Part shown: positions 47,450-57,953 of the stretch, piece after piece
Position numbering within the stretch: position 1 is the stretch's first letter
Layout: every line of letters begins with the position of its first letter
Virus record (IMG/VR): IMGVR_UViG_3300022868_000009
Coordinates: 124,001-188,000 of that record
Reading direction: 5' to 3' (one strand)
DNA length: 64,000 nt
Position numbers and translations under genes: made by a program
The notes under the pieces: model-generated
Seen by the model: only the letters and a program-made list of their open reading frames with translations
What the model was told of the DNA's origin: nothing
Database searches by the model: none

Positions 47450-48427
47450 TTAAAATTTTCTATTTTTAATATAGTTGGTGAAATTGAAAGATTGATCTTC
47501 TTTATCATCTATCATCTCTTTGGTGATATCAATTTCATTTACTTTATCAAATTCTAATTTCTCTTGAAAAAAATGTTCTGACGCATCTTTACATTCACTA
47601 GAAATGTAAGTCATTGATGGTATAGACCTCATCAAGAAGAATTTTTGTAACATTCTACCAGTTTTTAAACCAACTTTATCATCATCACAAAAAATATTTA
47701 TTTTAGAAGGTTCCAATAATAATAATTTATATAATTGTAAACCTGACCACATAGCAGAAGACACTGACACTGATTTTAAATCCTGTTCAGATAATGCATA
47801 CATATCAAATATTCCTTCAGTTATCCATATCTCGTCACCTTTATTAATTTTATCAGAATTATAAACATCTAATTCAGGACAAGATTGAGTATATTTCAAT
47901 TTACCAATATCTGATATTTTTCTAGTTGTTATATTTTTAAGAATACCATTTTCATATAAGGGAATAACAATACCTCCACCTTCTAAACCATCATCTAAGA
48001 TTGGTTTTAATAATGGATGACATGTTGCACCAATTTTAATAAGCGCATCTTCGTCTTTTATGTGTGATAGGGAGGATAATTTATATTTTTTGATAAGATT
48101 TTCATTGATACCACGGTCAATTAACCATTGATATTCAAAATTCTTTGATAATAAGTGTTGGTGAGATTCTTCTACAAGTTCTGTGTATTTTTGTAGGTCT
48201 TGGATGGAATAATTTATGTCTTCTGCTTGTAAATTCAATTCATCTGAATTCACTTCAATTGTTTTATGTTCGTCGAATTGACTTTTAATAAAACTAAATT
48301 GTTTTTCTATTTCTATTAATTCAGGACTATATTCTGTCCAATCAACAAAGTTGAGTAGAACACCTTCTAGTGACCTATTATTGAATAGTATAAAGTGTAA
48401 TTCTTCTACACTATATTTATTTTTCAA
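47450..48427 (-). CDS. DnaG-type primase (Toprim)
   Basis: WLIDRGI, IVIP, ITEGIFD, CDDDKVG, KDASE. Confidence 0.8.
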   Translation of the reverse strand: MKNKYSVEELHFILFNNRSLEGVLLNFVDWTEYSPELIEIEKQFSFIKSQFDEHKTIEVNSDELNLQAEDINYSIQDLQKYTELVEESHQHLLSKNFEYQWLIDRGINENLIKKYKLSSLSHIKDEDALIKIGATCHPLLKPILDDGLEGGGIVIPLYENGILKNITTRKISDIGKLKYTQSCPELDVYNSDKINKGDEIWITEGIFDMYALSEQDLKSVSVSSAMWSGLQLYKLLLLEPSKINIFCDDDKVGLKTGRMLQKFFLMRSIPSMTYISSECKDASEHFFQEKLEFDKVNEIDITKEMIDDKEDQSFNFTNYIKNRKF

Positions 48428-48560
48428 CGCCTTTTCTTATTTTTATTATCATATTCTTTTAAATACAATTCTTCCTCTTCTGTTGCTCTTTTTGAACTAT
48501 ATTTAATCGTTAATATGAATGATAATGTAGAAATAACAATAAACCCTATAATTACGTACA

Positions 48561-48845
48561 TCATTTGCTTTCTTCGTTAATTTTAGATAATAATATTTCT
48601 AGTTTAGTTAATACATTATTAACTTCTTTGAGTTTTTCTTTTGATGATTCGTCATCATTCATGTAATATTCTTCTACGAAAACTTGCAATTTTGTAGATA
48701 TATCGTACATTTCTTGAACGTTTTCAATCAATATTGCTTCATCTTTTTCTAGGTTAGTTGCAATATCTCTACCAGTTTCTTTTTCAATAATTGAATAAAC
48801 TGCTTCATATCCTTCCGGGCTCTCATTTACTTTAATCCATTTCAT
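48561..48845 (-). CDS. Hypothetical protein
   Basis: ORF. Confidence 0.55.
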   Translation of the reverse strand: MKWIKVNESPEGYEAVYSIIEKETGRDIATNLEKDEAILIENVQEMYDISTKLQVFVEEYYMNDDESSKEKLKEVNNVLTKLEILLSKINEESK

Positions 48846-49008
48846 TTTTCAATTCCTTTTCTTCTTTTTAATAAAACTGTTATTTTATATTCAGCGCCTT
48901 GATATTTCTCAGTATATGTGACAATTTCCCAATTTTCTTTACCGAGTTTATTTATTTTATCAGTGTTTGGATACCTCAACCAGTAACATACACGTTTATA
49001 TTCCCACA

Positions 49009-49368
49009 TTAATCTTTGGTTTTAGGTGTTAATCCTTTTTTATCTCCTGTTTCTGCTAACAAAGTTACTTCTTTACCATCTTCAGTAATAAAAATATATC
49101 TTTTATTTCCTTTTTTGGTTGGTTCTCCTTCGATCCAACCTTTTGTATCAATTACTTTTTTCTTTTTTCTTTTTGTGTATGGTTTTGAAATTGTTCCTTC
49201 CGGTTCTTTTTCTAGACATTTTTCACATCTTAATCCCCAATGGGGTATAATACCATCAATAAAGATCCAGAACACGTCAACATCTATAAAAAGACCATAA
49301 CAACCTGAACAGACTTTCCTATTATCTTTCTTTTTCTCTTTCTTCTTCCAATATTGATTATTAGCCAT
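49009..49368 (-). CDS. Hypothetical basic zinc-binding protein
   Basis: CSGC...CEKC. Confidence 0.55.
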   Translation of the reverse strand: MANNQYWKKKEKKKDNRKVCSGCYGLFIDVDVFWIFIDGIIPHWGLRCEKCLEKEPEGTISKPYTKRKKKKVIDTKGWIEGEPTKKGNKRYIFITEDGKEVTLLAETGDKKGLTPKTKD

Positions 49369-49451
49369 AATTATTTATTTTTAAGTTTCAATTAGCAATA
49401 TAATAAAAATTTTCTTGATAAAAAAAGCCGTTCACAGAACGACTTTACTAT

Positions 49452-49892
49452 TTATTCATAAACTGTTATAGTTTTTTCCTTAGGGAATACCTGCAATACT
49501 TTTTCATATGATGTTGTTTCATCATCAAAATCGCCTTGTCCATATTTATGATAGTTCCAAGAATAATAATTTTCACCTACTTTTATAATGTACTCATTTG
49601 TCCAAGCACCATGATCCATATCTGTATCTACAAATGTGTTATGTTGAATTATACTAATATTATATTTTTTACACAAATCTATAACATCTTCGTATCTACT
49701 CCAATTCACCTTGTGTATGAATTCATAAGCATCACTTACATCTTTAAAATATTTATCTATTAGTCCCATTTTATGAGCCTCTTCCAATTCTGTTTTTGAC
49801 ATACCATCAGAAAATATATTATTTAAAAATTCAGTTAAATCAGTATATTCTTGTTTCTCATTTTCGTTTAAAAAGCTATCAAATTTCTTCAT
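49452..49892 (-). CDS. Putative capsid-internal protein
   Basis: MKKFDSFLNE N-terminus. Confidence 0.6.
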   Translation of the reverse strand: MKKFDSFLNENEKQEYTDLTEFLNNIFSDGMSKTELEEAHKMGLIDKYFKDVSDAYEFIHKVNWSRYEDVIDLCKKYNISIIQHNTFVDTDMDHGAWTNEYIIKVGENYYSWNYHKYGQGDFDDETTSYEKVLQVFPKEKTITVYE

Positions 49893-49893
49893 A

Positions 49894-50226
49894 TTATTGG
49901 GGATTAATTCCTTTGCCTTGTTTCCAATTAAGTATACTTTGTATATCTTCTAGTGAATAATTATCATATAAATCTTTTACCAACTCATATTTATCCATAT
50001 CACTTAAAGTATTTACTTCTAGTATTTCACCTTCAATTTCGTCATGTTCACTAAGATAATCTCTTAATTCTTCCAATTCTTCATCGTCACAATCATTAAT
50101 ATATTCTTTGATGTCACCAGAATCTATTTCTACATCAACATACTCATCGAATTCAACACTTATTCTTTTATTTATCCACATTTTCTTCTTCTTCTTTTTT
50201 AAGGTTATTAAATTTATTATATGCAC
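49894..50226 (-). CDS. Hypothetical acidic protein (probable start 50181)
   Basis: D/E-rich ORF. Confidence 0.55.
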   Translation of the reverse strand: MHIINLITLKKKKKKMWINKRISVEFDEYVDVEIDSGDIKEYINDCDDEELEELRDYLSEHDEIEGEILEVNTLSDMDKYELVKDLYDNYSLEDIQSILNWKQGKGINPQ

Positions 50227-50506
50227 GACTTAACGCGTCTTCTGTATCTGTACCACAAAATGTAGAATAGCACCAAGCATACTTACCAAAATCTTCATTT
50301 GACGGAAAAACTTCACCACCTTCAATAAAATTACCTTTTATTTTTCGGTCTTTTCTTGATCTAATTATGAAAACTTCATATGCAATCGTCATTTCACATT
50401 CTTCTTTATAAGAGTCTATTTGTCTATAGATAGCAAATTTTTCATCTCTTTCAATTAATTCGTAATCATACCCATTCTTTCTTTGGTGTTGTTGTAATTT
50501 TCTCAT
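50168..50506 (-). CDS. Hypothetical protein
   Basis: YEVF..EVFPSNEDFGKYAW. Confidence 0.6.
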   Translation of the reverse strand: MRKLQQHQRKNGYDYELIERDEKFAIYRQIDSYKEECEMTIAYEVFIIRSRKDRKIKGNFIEGGEVFPSNEDFGKYAWCYSTFCGTDTEDALSRAYNKFNNLKKEEEENVDK

Positions 50507-50587
50507 TTAATAAAAATTATTTTTTCTTATATATAAGAACATTCATGGGTCAAAAAACTTATTACAGAAATATAAGATAAATTAAAA

Positions 50588-51922
50588 TTAAAATCCAATT
50601 TTATTTGAATTTGATGAAATAGCATGTTCTAGAATTTCATTATCCTTCTTTAAAGCATAAATATCAGCCAATGACAATTTCTTATCTTTACTCTTATTTA
50701 TCATACTAATGATGTCTTTCTCTTCAATTTCAATATTCTTAGCCAATATCAAAGATTCTTCTAAATCCAATTTAGCAAACTCTTTACGAGCAAGAAGTCT
50801 TTCTGGTCTCATTAAAGCACCATCAATATTCTTTACATCTGTATTAAATGTTGCTATAATTTGAACACCCAAAATATCATTTAATAAACCATCTGTTAAA
50901 TTTAATAAATTAGTTATACCTATATTCCTTCCTGTTTGTCTAGATTCTAATAGTGGTTCAGCATCTTCTATTAAAATAATACCTTTCTTATTATCAAATG
51001 AATTAGCCCAATCAGCTATAAAATTAATAAAACTTGGATCTGTTATAGAATCAACCATAGCTGGCGAAAAATATAGTATATTTGCATCTGATTTTGTTAA
51101 TTCTTTTAAAAGTTGTCTTATATAAAAGGTTTTTCCTGTACCAGGCAAACCATGTAATAAAACTAATCCTTTAGTATCTTTTTTCAGTTTACTAACTAAT
51201 TTTTCATGAAATATGTCAAATCCAACACCATAATGTAAATCTGGAAAAGTCATATCTTGTATTTTATCATCTAAATAAAAATCTTTAATAAAAAGTTCAT
51301 TATTCTCCATTGAAACCATACTTATTGATATTCTTTCATCTTTATAATCAACTTTAACATTTTTAAAAATATCAATTATCTTTTGATCTATTTCTTTTGA
51401 TCTATTAGTTGAATTAAATGAAGGTTTTAAAATTTCATGATATTCAACTAATTTATCTCTCTTATTTTCAACACCTATATCAATTTTAGGATTATCAAAA
51501 AAATTAGAAGCAAAATCACTTTCTAATAAAAGTAAATACCCTTCATCAAGGTAAAATATTTCTTTTCTATCAATTGTTTTATTATATTTATAATAATGTG
51601 TACTATCTTCAAACAACTTTTCACATTTTGGAAATTTTTTCTCTATTTCAATCATAAGTTTATCATAAAAATAAAAATCAGCATCATGATTAAAATTTCT
51701 TATAAGTGAAGGTTTTTCTTTAAATCTTTCTAGATATTCTTGTAGAATATTAAATTCATCTGGATTCTTATTTCTACCACTAGAAGTAGTAGATATTATT
51801 AAATCTGAATTCATTTTCTCCCAATCAATGAGATTATTTCCCATATATAATTCTTTATTTTTTCCGTAAAATATATTAAATAATACTTCAATTGTTTGTT
51901 TTTTTTTACAAATCCTGTTCAT
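50588..51922 (-). CDS. AAA+ ATPase
   Basis: GLPGTGKT, LIEDAE, LLNLTDGLL, ALMRPER. Confidence 0.88.
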   Translation of the reverse strand: MNRICKKKQTIEVLFNIFYGKNKELYMGNNLIDWEKMNSDLIISTTSSGRNKNPDEFNILQEYLERFKEKPSLIRNFNHDADFYFYDKLMIEIEKKFPKCEKLFEDSTHYYKYNKTIDRKEIFYLDEGYLLLLESDFASNFFDNPKIDIGVENKRDKLVEYHEILKPSFNSTNRSKEIDQKIIDIFKNVKVDYKDERISISMVSMENNELFIKDFYLDDKIQDMTFPDLHYGVGFDIFHEKLVSKLKKDTKGLVLLHGLPGTGKTFYIRQLLKELTKSDANILYFSPAMVDSITDPSFINFIADWANSFDNKKGIILIEDAEPLLESRQTGRNIGITNLLNLTDGLLNDILGVQIIATFNTDVKNIDGALMRPERLLARKEFAKLDLEESLILAKNIEIEEKDIISMINKSKDKKLSLADIYALKKDNEILEHAISSNSNKIGF

Positions 51923-54900
51923 CTTGAACTGTTTGCCCCCTAATTAACCACTCATAATTTTGTGGTGATTTTGGTGAAAAAGAAAATCCTTTACCATTTT
52001 CTCTTGCAGCATTAAATTCTTCTGCTGTAGCATCAATAGACATTTTCAAAGGGCAAATACTTTGTAATCCTGGTATAGGTATAGGAAGTGATGATGTTAT
52101 CAATTCCAACACAAAACAAAATAATTCCATAACTACATTAAGATGCAATTTTGGTAAACCTATCATTGCAATTAATTCCATTCTGTCCATAAGAGCCATT
52201 AAACCAGAACATTGAGATATTTGAAATTTTGACAAACCTTCTAATTTACTCATAGGCAAATTTACATTTGGTAATTTTGCTTGTATCTTACCAAGATCAA
52301 ACTTAGGAAATGAAGGTGTTGGTGGAGTTATATCAGATAATTCGAATATAATACTATTAATTTTGATACTTGGTAATTTTAATTTAGTCAAAACCTGTGC
52401 CAAATCAACAGGTGATATTTGGAAATTAGGTGCATTAATACTTGGCAAGTTTAATGAATCAAGTGCTATATTAAATTCTGGTATTGAAACATCTGGTAAT
52501 TTTAGAGAAGAAAACGCGGCAGATAATTTCCCAATATTTAAAGGAATAGATTGTGGTAAATTTACATTAAGATTAGGTATATCAACATTTTTTAAATTAA
52601 ATTTAGGATTATTTCTTGCTGTATCTAACATCTCATCATTAGTATCATCTATTCTCTTTTTAGTTTTATCCGCAAAAGGTTTCATCAAAGGCGATAAAAT
52701 TTTCATTATCAAATCCCCAAAAAAATCTAAAGAAGGCATCAACATTTTAACAAGTTCTCCTATTTTCTTAATTGCTCCAGGGATATTGAGCATTAATACT
52801 TTTTTTACTATATCTAAAATTGTCATTACAATATTAATCATAAAATTTAAAGGGAACATAATTAAATTTCTAACTAAATCAATTGATGTAAATATAAACG
52901 AGGCTATCGGTGGTATACAAGGCATATCTTTAATAATATCATTTAATTTTGCAAAACTAGATGCTTTAAAATTAGGCATACCTGTATCAGGATCTCTAAA
53001 ACCAGCCAATGGATCAGAATCACTTGATAGAGGTTTCAAACCAACATCAATTCTAAATGCATTATTTTCTAAAATACCAAAAATAGTTTCACCATTTGTT
53101 TCTCTTTCATTTGAAAGTCTTAAAATATCAGTAAAATCTACAGTTAAATTATCAACTGTTTCCATATATTCATTATAATCTAAAACATAATCTAATCTTT
53201 GATGTGAAGTAAAAAATTGAATCTTATCTTTATAATTATAAATCAATTTGAAAAAATCCATTTTAAACTTTTTATAATTATATCTAGTATACCCATCAAT
53301 TGTAATATTCTGATTTTTAGTTGGATTTCCAAGTTCATCAGTATCTTTATGATACTTTTTATCTATTTTATAATTATATCTACCACGATATGTTAAAGGA
53401 AGACCACCAGAACTTTTAATCCATGATAAATCATCTTTTATATATTTACCATTATCATCTATTCTATATTTAACAGTATTCCAAAAATTATATTCAAAGG
53501 TTTTCTTTAAAATATTATAAAATGTTATTCTATCATTTCCTAATAAACCTTCAGCGCCACGCCACGCAGAAAAACTTTTAGGTTCATTTTTTATAATATT
53601 ACCACTACTACCTTTTACTGGATATTTTTTCTTCATTATTCTTTGTGCTTCTTCAGGTAATTTATCCCAATTAGCCCAATCAAAACTTTCCAATAAAAAA
53701 TATACTTTACTTCTAAAACCGTTATCATTATCCAATTGTGCATCAGTTATACTATTCCATAATCCATGTATTTCATAAATATCACCTTCAATATTTTCTT
53801 CCTTTGTATCTAATTCAAAATTTTTAAAAAAATCCCAAGAATAATACCATTTAAAACCATTGACATCTAAACCATTTTCTCTATAAAAATATGGTAAATA
53901 TGGTTTACCATTTGGATCAGTATAATTTGCAATTTTCATAATATATTCAAATTGAGCAATAGGATCCTTAGTTATATTTTCAATCCAGTCAAATTCACTT
54001 ATATCAATTTCTGGTAAATCACCTAAAACATTATTATCATCATTTGCAAAATATTCAGCAAGTTTATCTAATAATTCTTGTGGCACAGGTAAATCACCTC
54101 TACCTAGAAATTTTTGAATCACTTCGAATGGTTTTGTTATTAAATCACCAATGTTTAAATCTATAAAATTAATATCAAAATTAACATCAAGATCAGATGT
54201 TGGTAATTGAATTTCAGGTATTTTTAAACCAGGTAACTTAATTCCAAATTTTTCTAAAGACAAAGCATTAACACCTTTAAATAATTCAAACTTATCAAAA
54301 CTTGGAAATTCAATTCCTGCAAACCCTAAAGGAAAAGAAGGTATAGGTAAAGATAAATAATTAAGAGGTTTTGCTAATAAATCTATAATAAATCCTTTAA
54401 TGTCTGTTACTATTTTAATAAGAGGTTTTAAAACATCTATGATAATATTTTTAATTTTAATTATAATTTCTTGAGCAAATTTTATACCGTTTTTAATTCC
54501 TAATGATATTGTTGATGGTTTACTTAATTGTAATGCAATCCACGCAATATTTGGTATTTGTAGAGGATTTCCATAGAGATTCGCATCACCAAATTCCATA
54601 TTAGCAAATAATCCAGATGATAAAAATGCAAAAGGTTCTAATAACTTAAGAAAATTTTCAATTGGAATACCAATTAACTTGTACAAAAATCTAATATAAA
54701 TATCAAGTAAATTTCTAATACCGCCGCTTTGTTTAGGTAATTTATTTTTATCATCTCTAGTTAAATAACCATCAATATCAGGAATCACATCATCAAGATT
54801 TTCAATAGGCATTGAAGTAATTTTAGTAATATTACATTCACTATCTTTCTCAATACTTGCAAAAACCAACGAAAGAAATTCATCTTTAATTCTTTCTAAT

Positions 54901-54965
54901 TTAATAGGGAGTATTGTACTAGCACCAAATTCTACATTTACTGGCACATATGGAGGTCCTGACAT
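51906..54965 (-). CDS. Large hypothetical protein in the tail/baseplate module with Pro-rich amphipathic repeats
   Basis: 1019 aa; LPxIxLP repeats and hydrophobic helices. Confidence 0.55.
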   Translation of the reverse strand: MSGPPYVPVNVEFGASTILPIKLERIKDEFLSLVFASIEKDSECNITKITSMPIENLDDVIPDIDGYLTRDDKNKLPKQSGGIRNLLDIYIRFLYKLIGIPIENFLKLLEPFAFLSSGLFANMEFGDANLYGNPLQIPNIAWIALQLSKPSTISLGIKNGIKFAQEIIIKIKNIIIDVLKPLIKIVTDIKGFIIDLLAKPLNYLSLPIPSFPLGFAGIEFPSFDKFELFKGVNALSLEKFGIKLPGLKIPEIQLPTSDLDVNFDINFIDLNIGDLITKPFEVIQKFLGRGDLPVPQELLDKLAEYFANDDNNVLGDLPEIDISEFDWIENITKDPIAQFEYIMKIANYTDPNGKPYLPYFYRENGLDVNGFKWYYSWDFFKNFELDTKEENIEGDIYEIHGLWNSITDAQLDNDNGFRSKVYFLLESFDWANWDKLPEEAQRIMKKKYPVKGSSGNIIKNEPKSFSAWRGAEGLLGNDRITFYNILKKTFEYNFWNTVKYRIDDNGKYIKDDLSWIKSSGGLPLTYRGRYNYKIDKKYHKDTDELGNPTKNQNITIDGYTRYNYKKFKMDFFKLIYNYKDKIQFFTSHQRLDYVLDYNEYMETVDNLTVDFTDILRLSNERETNGETIFGILENNAFRIDVGLKPLSSDSDPLAGFRDPDTGMPNFKASSFAKLNDIIKDMPCIPPIASFIFTSIDLVRNLIMFPLNFMINIVMTILDIVKKVLMLNIPGAIKKIGELVKMLMPSLDFFGDLIMKILSPLMKPFADKTKKRIDDTNDEMLDTARNNPKFNLKNVDIPNLNVNLPQSIPLNIGKLSAAFSSLKLPDVSIPEFNIALDSLNLPSINAPNFQISPVDLAQVLTKLKLPSIKINSIIFELSDITPPTPSFPKFDLGKIQAKLPNVNLPMSKLEGLSKFQISQCSGLMALMDRMELIAMIGLPKLHLNVVMELFCFVLELITSSLPIPIPGLQSICPLKMSIDATAEEFNAARENGKGFSFSPKSPQNYEWLIRGQTVQDEQDL

Positions 54966-55002
54966 TTATTAAATATATTTTAAATTATATATTATTTAAT
55001 CT

Positions 55003-55884
55003 CTATCCTTTAATGAAATTATTAAAAGTTTTTAAAAATTTACTTTCCAATTTAATTGGGAATTTTACTGGTTCTTGTAAAGTTGTTTGAGTAGTTTTAA
55101 ATCTATTTAAACTATTACTTGTTACTAAATGTGTAAATAAACTCAATGTACTATTATTAATAGATTGAATAGCTAAATCAAATAATTCATCATTAGTATT
55201 TCTAAGAATTCTATCAAAAACCATTTGAATATCATTAGCATAATAAATATTTTCTTGTTCATCATCATAAAAATGAACTGTATTATATTGATCTTGTTTC
55301 AAAGGAATAAATTTTTCATTATCAATTTTCATACCAATTAAATGTTCTAATAATATTTCAGTTTTCTTTAAACTAGTGAGACTTGAATGTCTTGATTCTA
55401 ATCTATCACCAACAAAATATATTTTAAATATACTAAGATCTATATCTTTTAAATATTTTCTTAAATCATTTAAAAGTTTTTGATAATGTTCTCTGTTATT
55501 TCTACCAGTTAATATTGCTATATCTACATTTTCATTGTCTTGTAAATGTCTAATATTATTAACTAAAAATTTAATAGGAGTTTCATTTAATCTTTCTTCA
55601 TCAAAAGTTTCAACAAATGAAACACCAAGATTTTCAATGGAAATAGTTCTTTTCTTTAGAATTTTATCAAAAAGTTTTCTACTTATATAATAATCATCAT
55701 TATTATAACTTATACACAAATTATCATTTTTATATAGACCATTCTGAATCATAAACATATCATGTTTAGATAATTTAATAATTGGTATATTTGGTTTTCT
55801 TTTATCAATTATCCAAATCTTATTATCTAAATACCATAGAGTATTATCAAGGTCAAAAAAATGTATTTCTCTGTTTTCCATCAA
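55003..55884 (-). CDS. HAD-superfamily protein
   Basis: FFDLDNTL, ILTGR, FYDD. Confidence 0.75.
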   Translation of the reverse strand: MMENREIHFFDLDNTLWYLDNKIWIIDKRKPNIPIIKLSKHDMFMIQNGLYKNDNLCISYNNDDYYISRKLFDKILKKRTISIENLGVSFVETFDEERLNETPIKFLVNNIRHLQDNENVDIAILTGRNNREHYQKLLNDLRKYLKDIDLSIFKIYFVGDRLESRHSSLTSLKKTEILLEHLIGMKIDNEKFIPLKQDQYNTVHFYDDEQENIYYANDIQMVFDRILRNTNDELFDLAIQSINNSTLSLFTHLVTSNSLNRFKTTQTTLQEPVKFPIKLESKFLKTFNNFIKG

Positions 55885-55914
55885 TTATTTTGAGAATATT
55901 TTCTTTTATATATT

Positions 55915-55946
55915 AAAAAACCCATTTCATTTTGAAATGGGTTTTT
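55915..55946 (-). terminator. Intrinsic terminator
   Basis: aaaaacccatttca-ttt-tgaaatgggttttt. Confidence 0.75.
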
Positions 55947-55948
55947 AT

Positions 55949-56191
55949 TTAAAATTTAGGAACATTGAAATTTGGAGTTTTAAAATTACCAGGATTAAAA
56001 TTATTCATATTCGGAACTCTACTGGTTTGTTCTTTCTCAGATTTTCTTTGTCTCTCATTTTCTTCTTTATTTCTCTCATTCATGAGTTTGATAATTTCTT
56101 CAAACTCCCAATATGGCATATCATCCCATTTACTAAATGGTATATTTTTTTGCCACAAGAATTCAAATTTATTCTGAATCAAAGTTCTCAA
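55949..56191 (-). CDS. Small baseplate hub assembly-like protein
   Basis: WDDMPYWEFE..L..RNKEENE pattern; follows the gp26-like gene. Confidence 0.5.
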   Translation of the reverse strand: MRTLIQNKFEFLWQKNIPFSKWDDMPYWEFEEIIKLMNERNKEENERQRKSEKEQTSRVPNMNNFNPGNFKTPNFNVPKF

Positions 56192-57140
56192 AGAAATCTG
56201 GAATAACGAAAAGACTTGATGCGCCGTCGGGAAACGTCATTTCCGTGTGGACCTCCTCTCCACACGATGGACATTTCATTTTCAATCCTTTAAGACCAAA
56301 CTCCATTAAATTTACTGCTTGATTTAAGATTTGAAATGTTTTCATATTCATTCGCTTAAACTCTTGTTCTTTTTCTTTAATACCATCATCTGAAATAGAA
56401 GATCTATCCCACAACATATATGGTATAATTTTCATAAAAGATACATTTGGATTTTGTTCACGTTGAACTTTACCTTTAATATTATCAAAAAATATTTCTT
56501 GTATTCCAATAGTTGGTGGAGCTAATCTATATTTTGCATCTTCAACATCAAATTCAAAGGCTCTAATATTTTGATTATAATATTTTCCAAGTTTTTCAGA
56601 CATTTCATGTTTCTCAAATGTACCATCTATTGTTTGTGATGATGTTGCTCGAAAAGGTATTTTAAAATCATGCGTACAATATTTACATGTTACTTCTTTA
56701 GCAATTGAATTACCTTGTTGGAATGTTAATTCTCTGATCATAAAAATTAAAAACATTCTATCACCATCTTTAATATCTTTATAAGAACCCATTGACCCAT
56801 TTGGAAATAAAACTTTAATACAACCAGATAATAATTGGTTCATTTTTTCAGTAACATCCATTATATTTCTATCATCCACAACTGAATATGCCTGTACTTC
56901 AGACACTGAAGCTGCTCTAATTTTAATTAGTGTTCCCGGTTTATAAAATATACCTAACGGTAAACTTGATATATCAACATTTAAATAACCTAATTCAGCG
57001 TTATCATTTTGTTTATTCATATTGGTAATTTCTTTTTTAATATCACCAATATCACTTTGTAATGAATCTTTTTCATCACTATCAAGATAATTATTTAAAT
57101 AATCCATTTCGTTTTTTTCTTTATCTTTATCATTTATCAT
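56169..57140 (-). CDS. Baseplate hub subunit (gp26-like)
   Basis: LPLGIFY, GDRMFLIFMIR, CxxC pairs; position after tail tube. Confidence 0.65.
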   Translation of the reverse strand: MINDKDKEKNEMDYLNNYLDSDEKDSLQSDIGDIKKEITNMNKQNDNAELGYLNVDISSLPLGIFYKPGTLIKIRAASVSEVQAYSVVDDRNIMDVTEKMNQLLSGCIKVLFPNGSMGSYKDIKDGDRMFLIFMIRELTFQQGNSIAKEVTCKYCTHDFKIPFRATSSQTIDGTFEKHEMSEKLGKYYNQNIRAFEFDVEDAKYRLAPPTIGIQEIFFDNIKGKVQREQNPNVSFMKIIPYMLWDRSSISDDGIKEKEQEFKRMNMKTFQILNQAVNLMEFGLKGLKMKCPSCGEEVHTEMTFPDGASSLFVIPDFFENFDSE

Positions 57141-57209
57141 TAAAAAATATTTATTTTTAATTATATATCCACCATATTCAATCCATCCATTAAAAAAAAA
57201 TTTTAAATA

Positions 57210-57238
57210 TAAAAAATCCTCAATTTATTGAGGATTTT
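57210..57238 (-). terminator. Terminator after tail tube gene
   Basis: aaaatcctcaat-tt-attgaggatttt. Confidence 0.75.
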
Positions 57239-57260
57239 AAAAATATTATTTAAGTATTTA

Positions 57261-57887
57261 TTAATAGTAATAATCTTGCCAATAATCTACGACAAACTTA
57301 GCAGCAAAGTCATCAACAATTTCAGCTGAAGCCCAATCTAAAGCACCACCTTTAAAACCTTCAAAGCCTGTTAATTGAGCATTATAATAAACAACTCTTC
57401 TTATAATATGACCTTCTCTGTCATGTACGTGAACTACAATTTGGCCAACCATGTTTCTCTTATAATGTAAAGAACCATCTTCATTATTCCATGCTAAATC
57501 ATACCAATCTTTTACAATTCTCCATGTAGGTATTTGAAATGGACCAGCACTTTGAGGTGAAGATGCCCATGATGGCATGTTCGTTGAATCACCCATTGAT
57601 TGTTGATTCAAATTAAATTTAATACTAATATCTTTCAAAGACGTTTCGTTTGGCATACCCATATACTCACGAGTACTATATTTATAACGTTGTTGTTTAG
57701 TTTCAATATCTGGATAACTAGGTAATGTCGCCGTAACAGCTTGTTGTGTTAAAAAGGCTACAGTTTCGCCTCCCCACAAGTTCTGTAATGGTACAGGTAA
57801 TACAAAAGTCACTTCAAATAGATTTTTATATACTGGTTCCCATAGCTCTCTTGCTGTTGTAATGTTATTAAAATGTGGTAATGGCAT
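57261..57887 (-). CDS. Tail tube protein (gp19-like)
   Basis: MPLPHF..EPVYKNLFEV, W..L..N..G, LDW..F..DYW; follows sheath. Confidence 0.8.
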   Translation of the reverse strand: MPLPHFNNITTARELWEPVYKNLFEVTFVLPVPLQNLWGGETVAFLTQQAVTATLPSYPDIETKQQRYKYSTREYMGMPNETSLKDISIKFNLNQQSMGDSTNMPSWASSPQSAGPFQIPTWRIVKDWYDLAWNNEDGSLHYKRNMVGQIVVHVHDREGHIIRRVVYYNAQLTGFEGFKGGALDWASAEIVDDFAAKFVVDYWQDYYY

Positions 57888-57953
57888 AATTTCATATTTA
57901 TTTTTTATAAGTTCTTATTCCTATATATTAAATTTTCTTTCACAATTATATAT

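Noticed and set aside
52363-53178. 271-aa plus-strand ORF
   Set aside because: Antisense shadow of the 1019-aa gene with no independent motifs. The same applies to other short antisense ORFs (for example 8600, 27485, 28448, 49016).
55949-57140. Programmed frameshift between the baseplate hub ORFs
   Set aside because: The ORFs overlap, but no convincing slippery heptamer was seen and the small ORF has its own TTG start.
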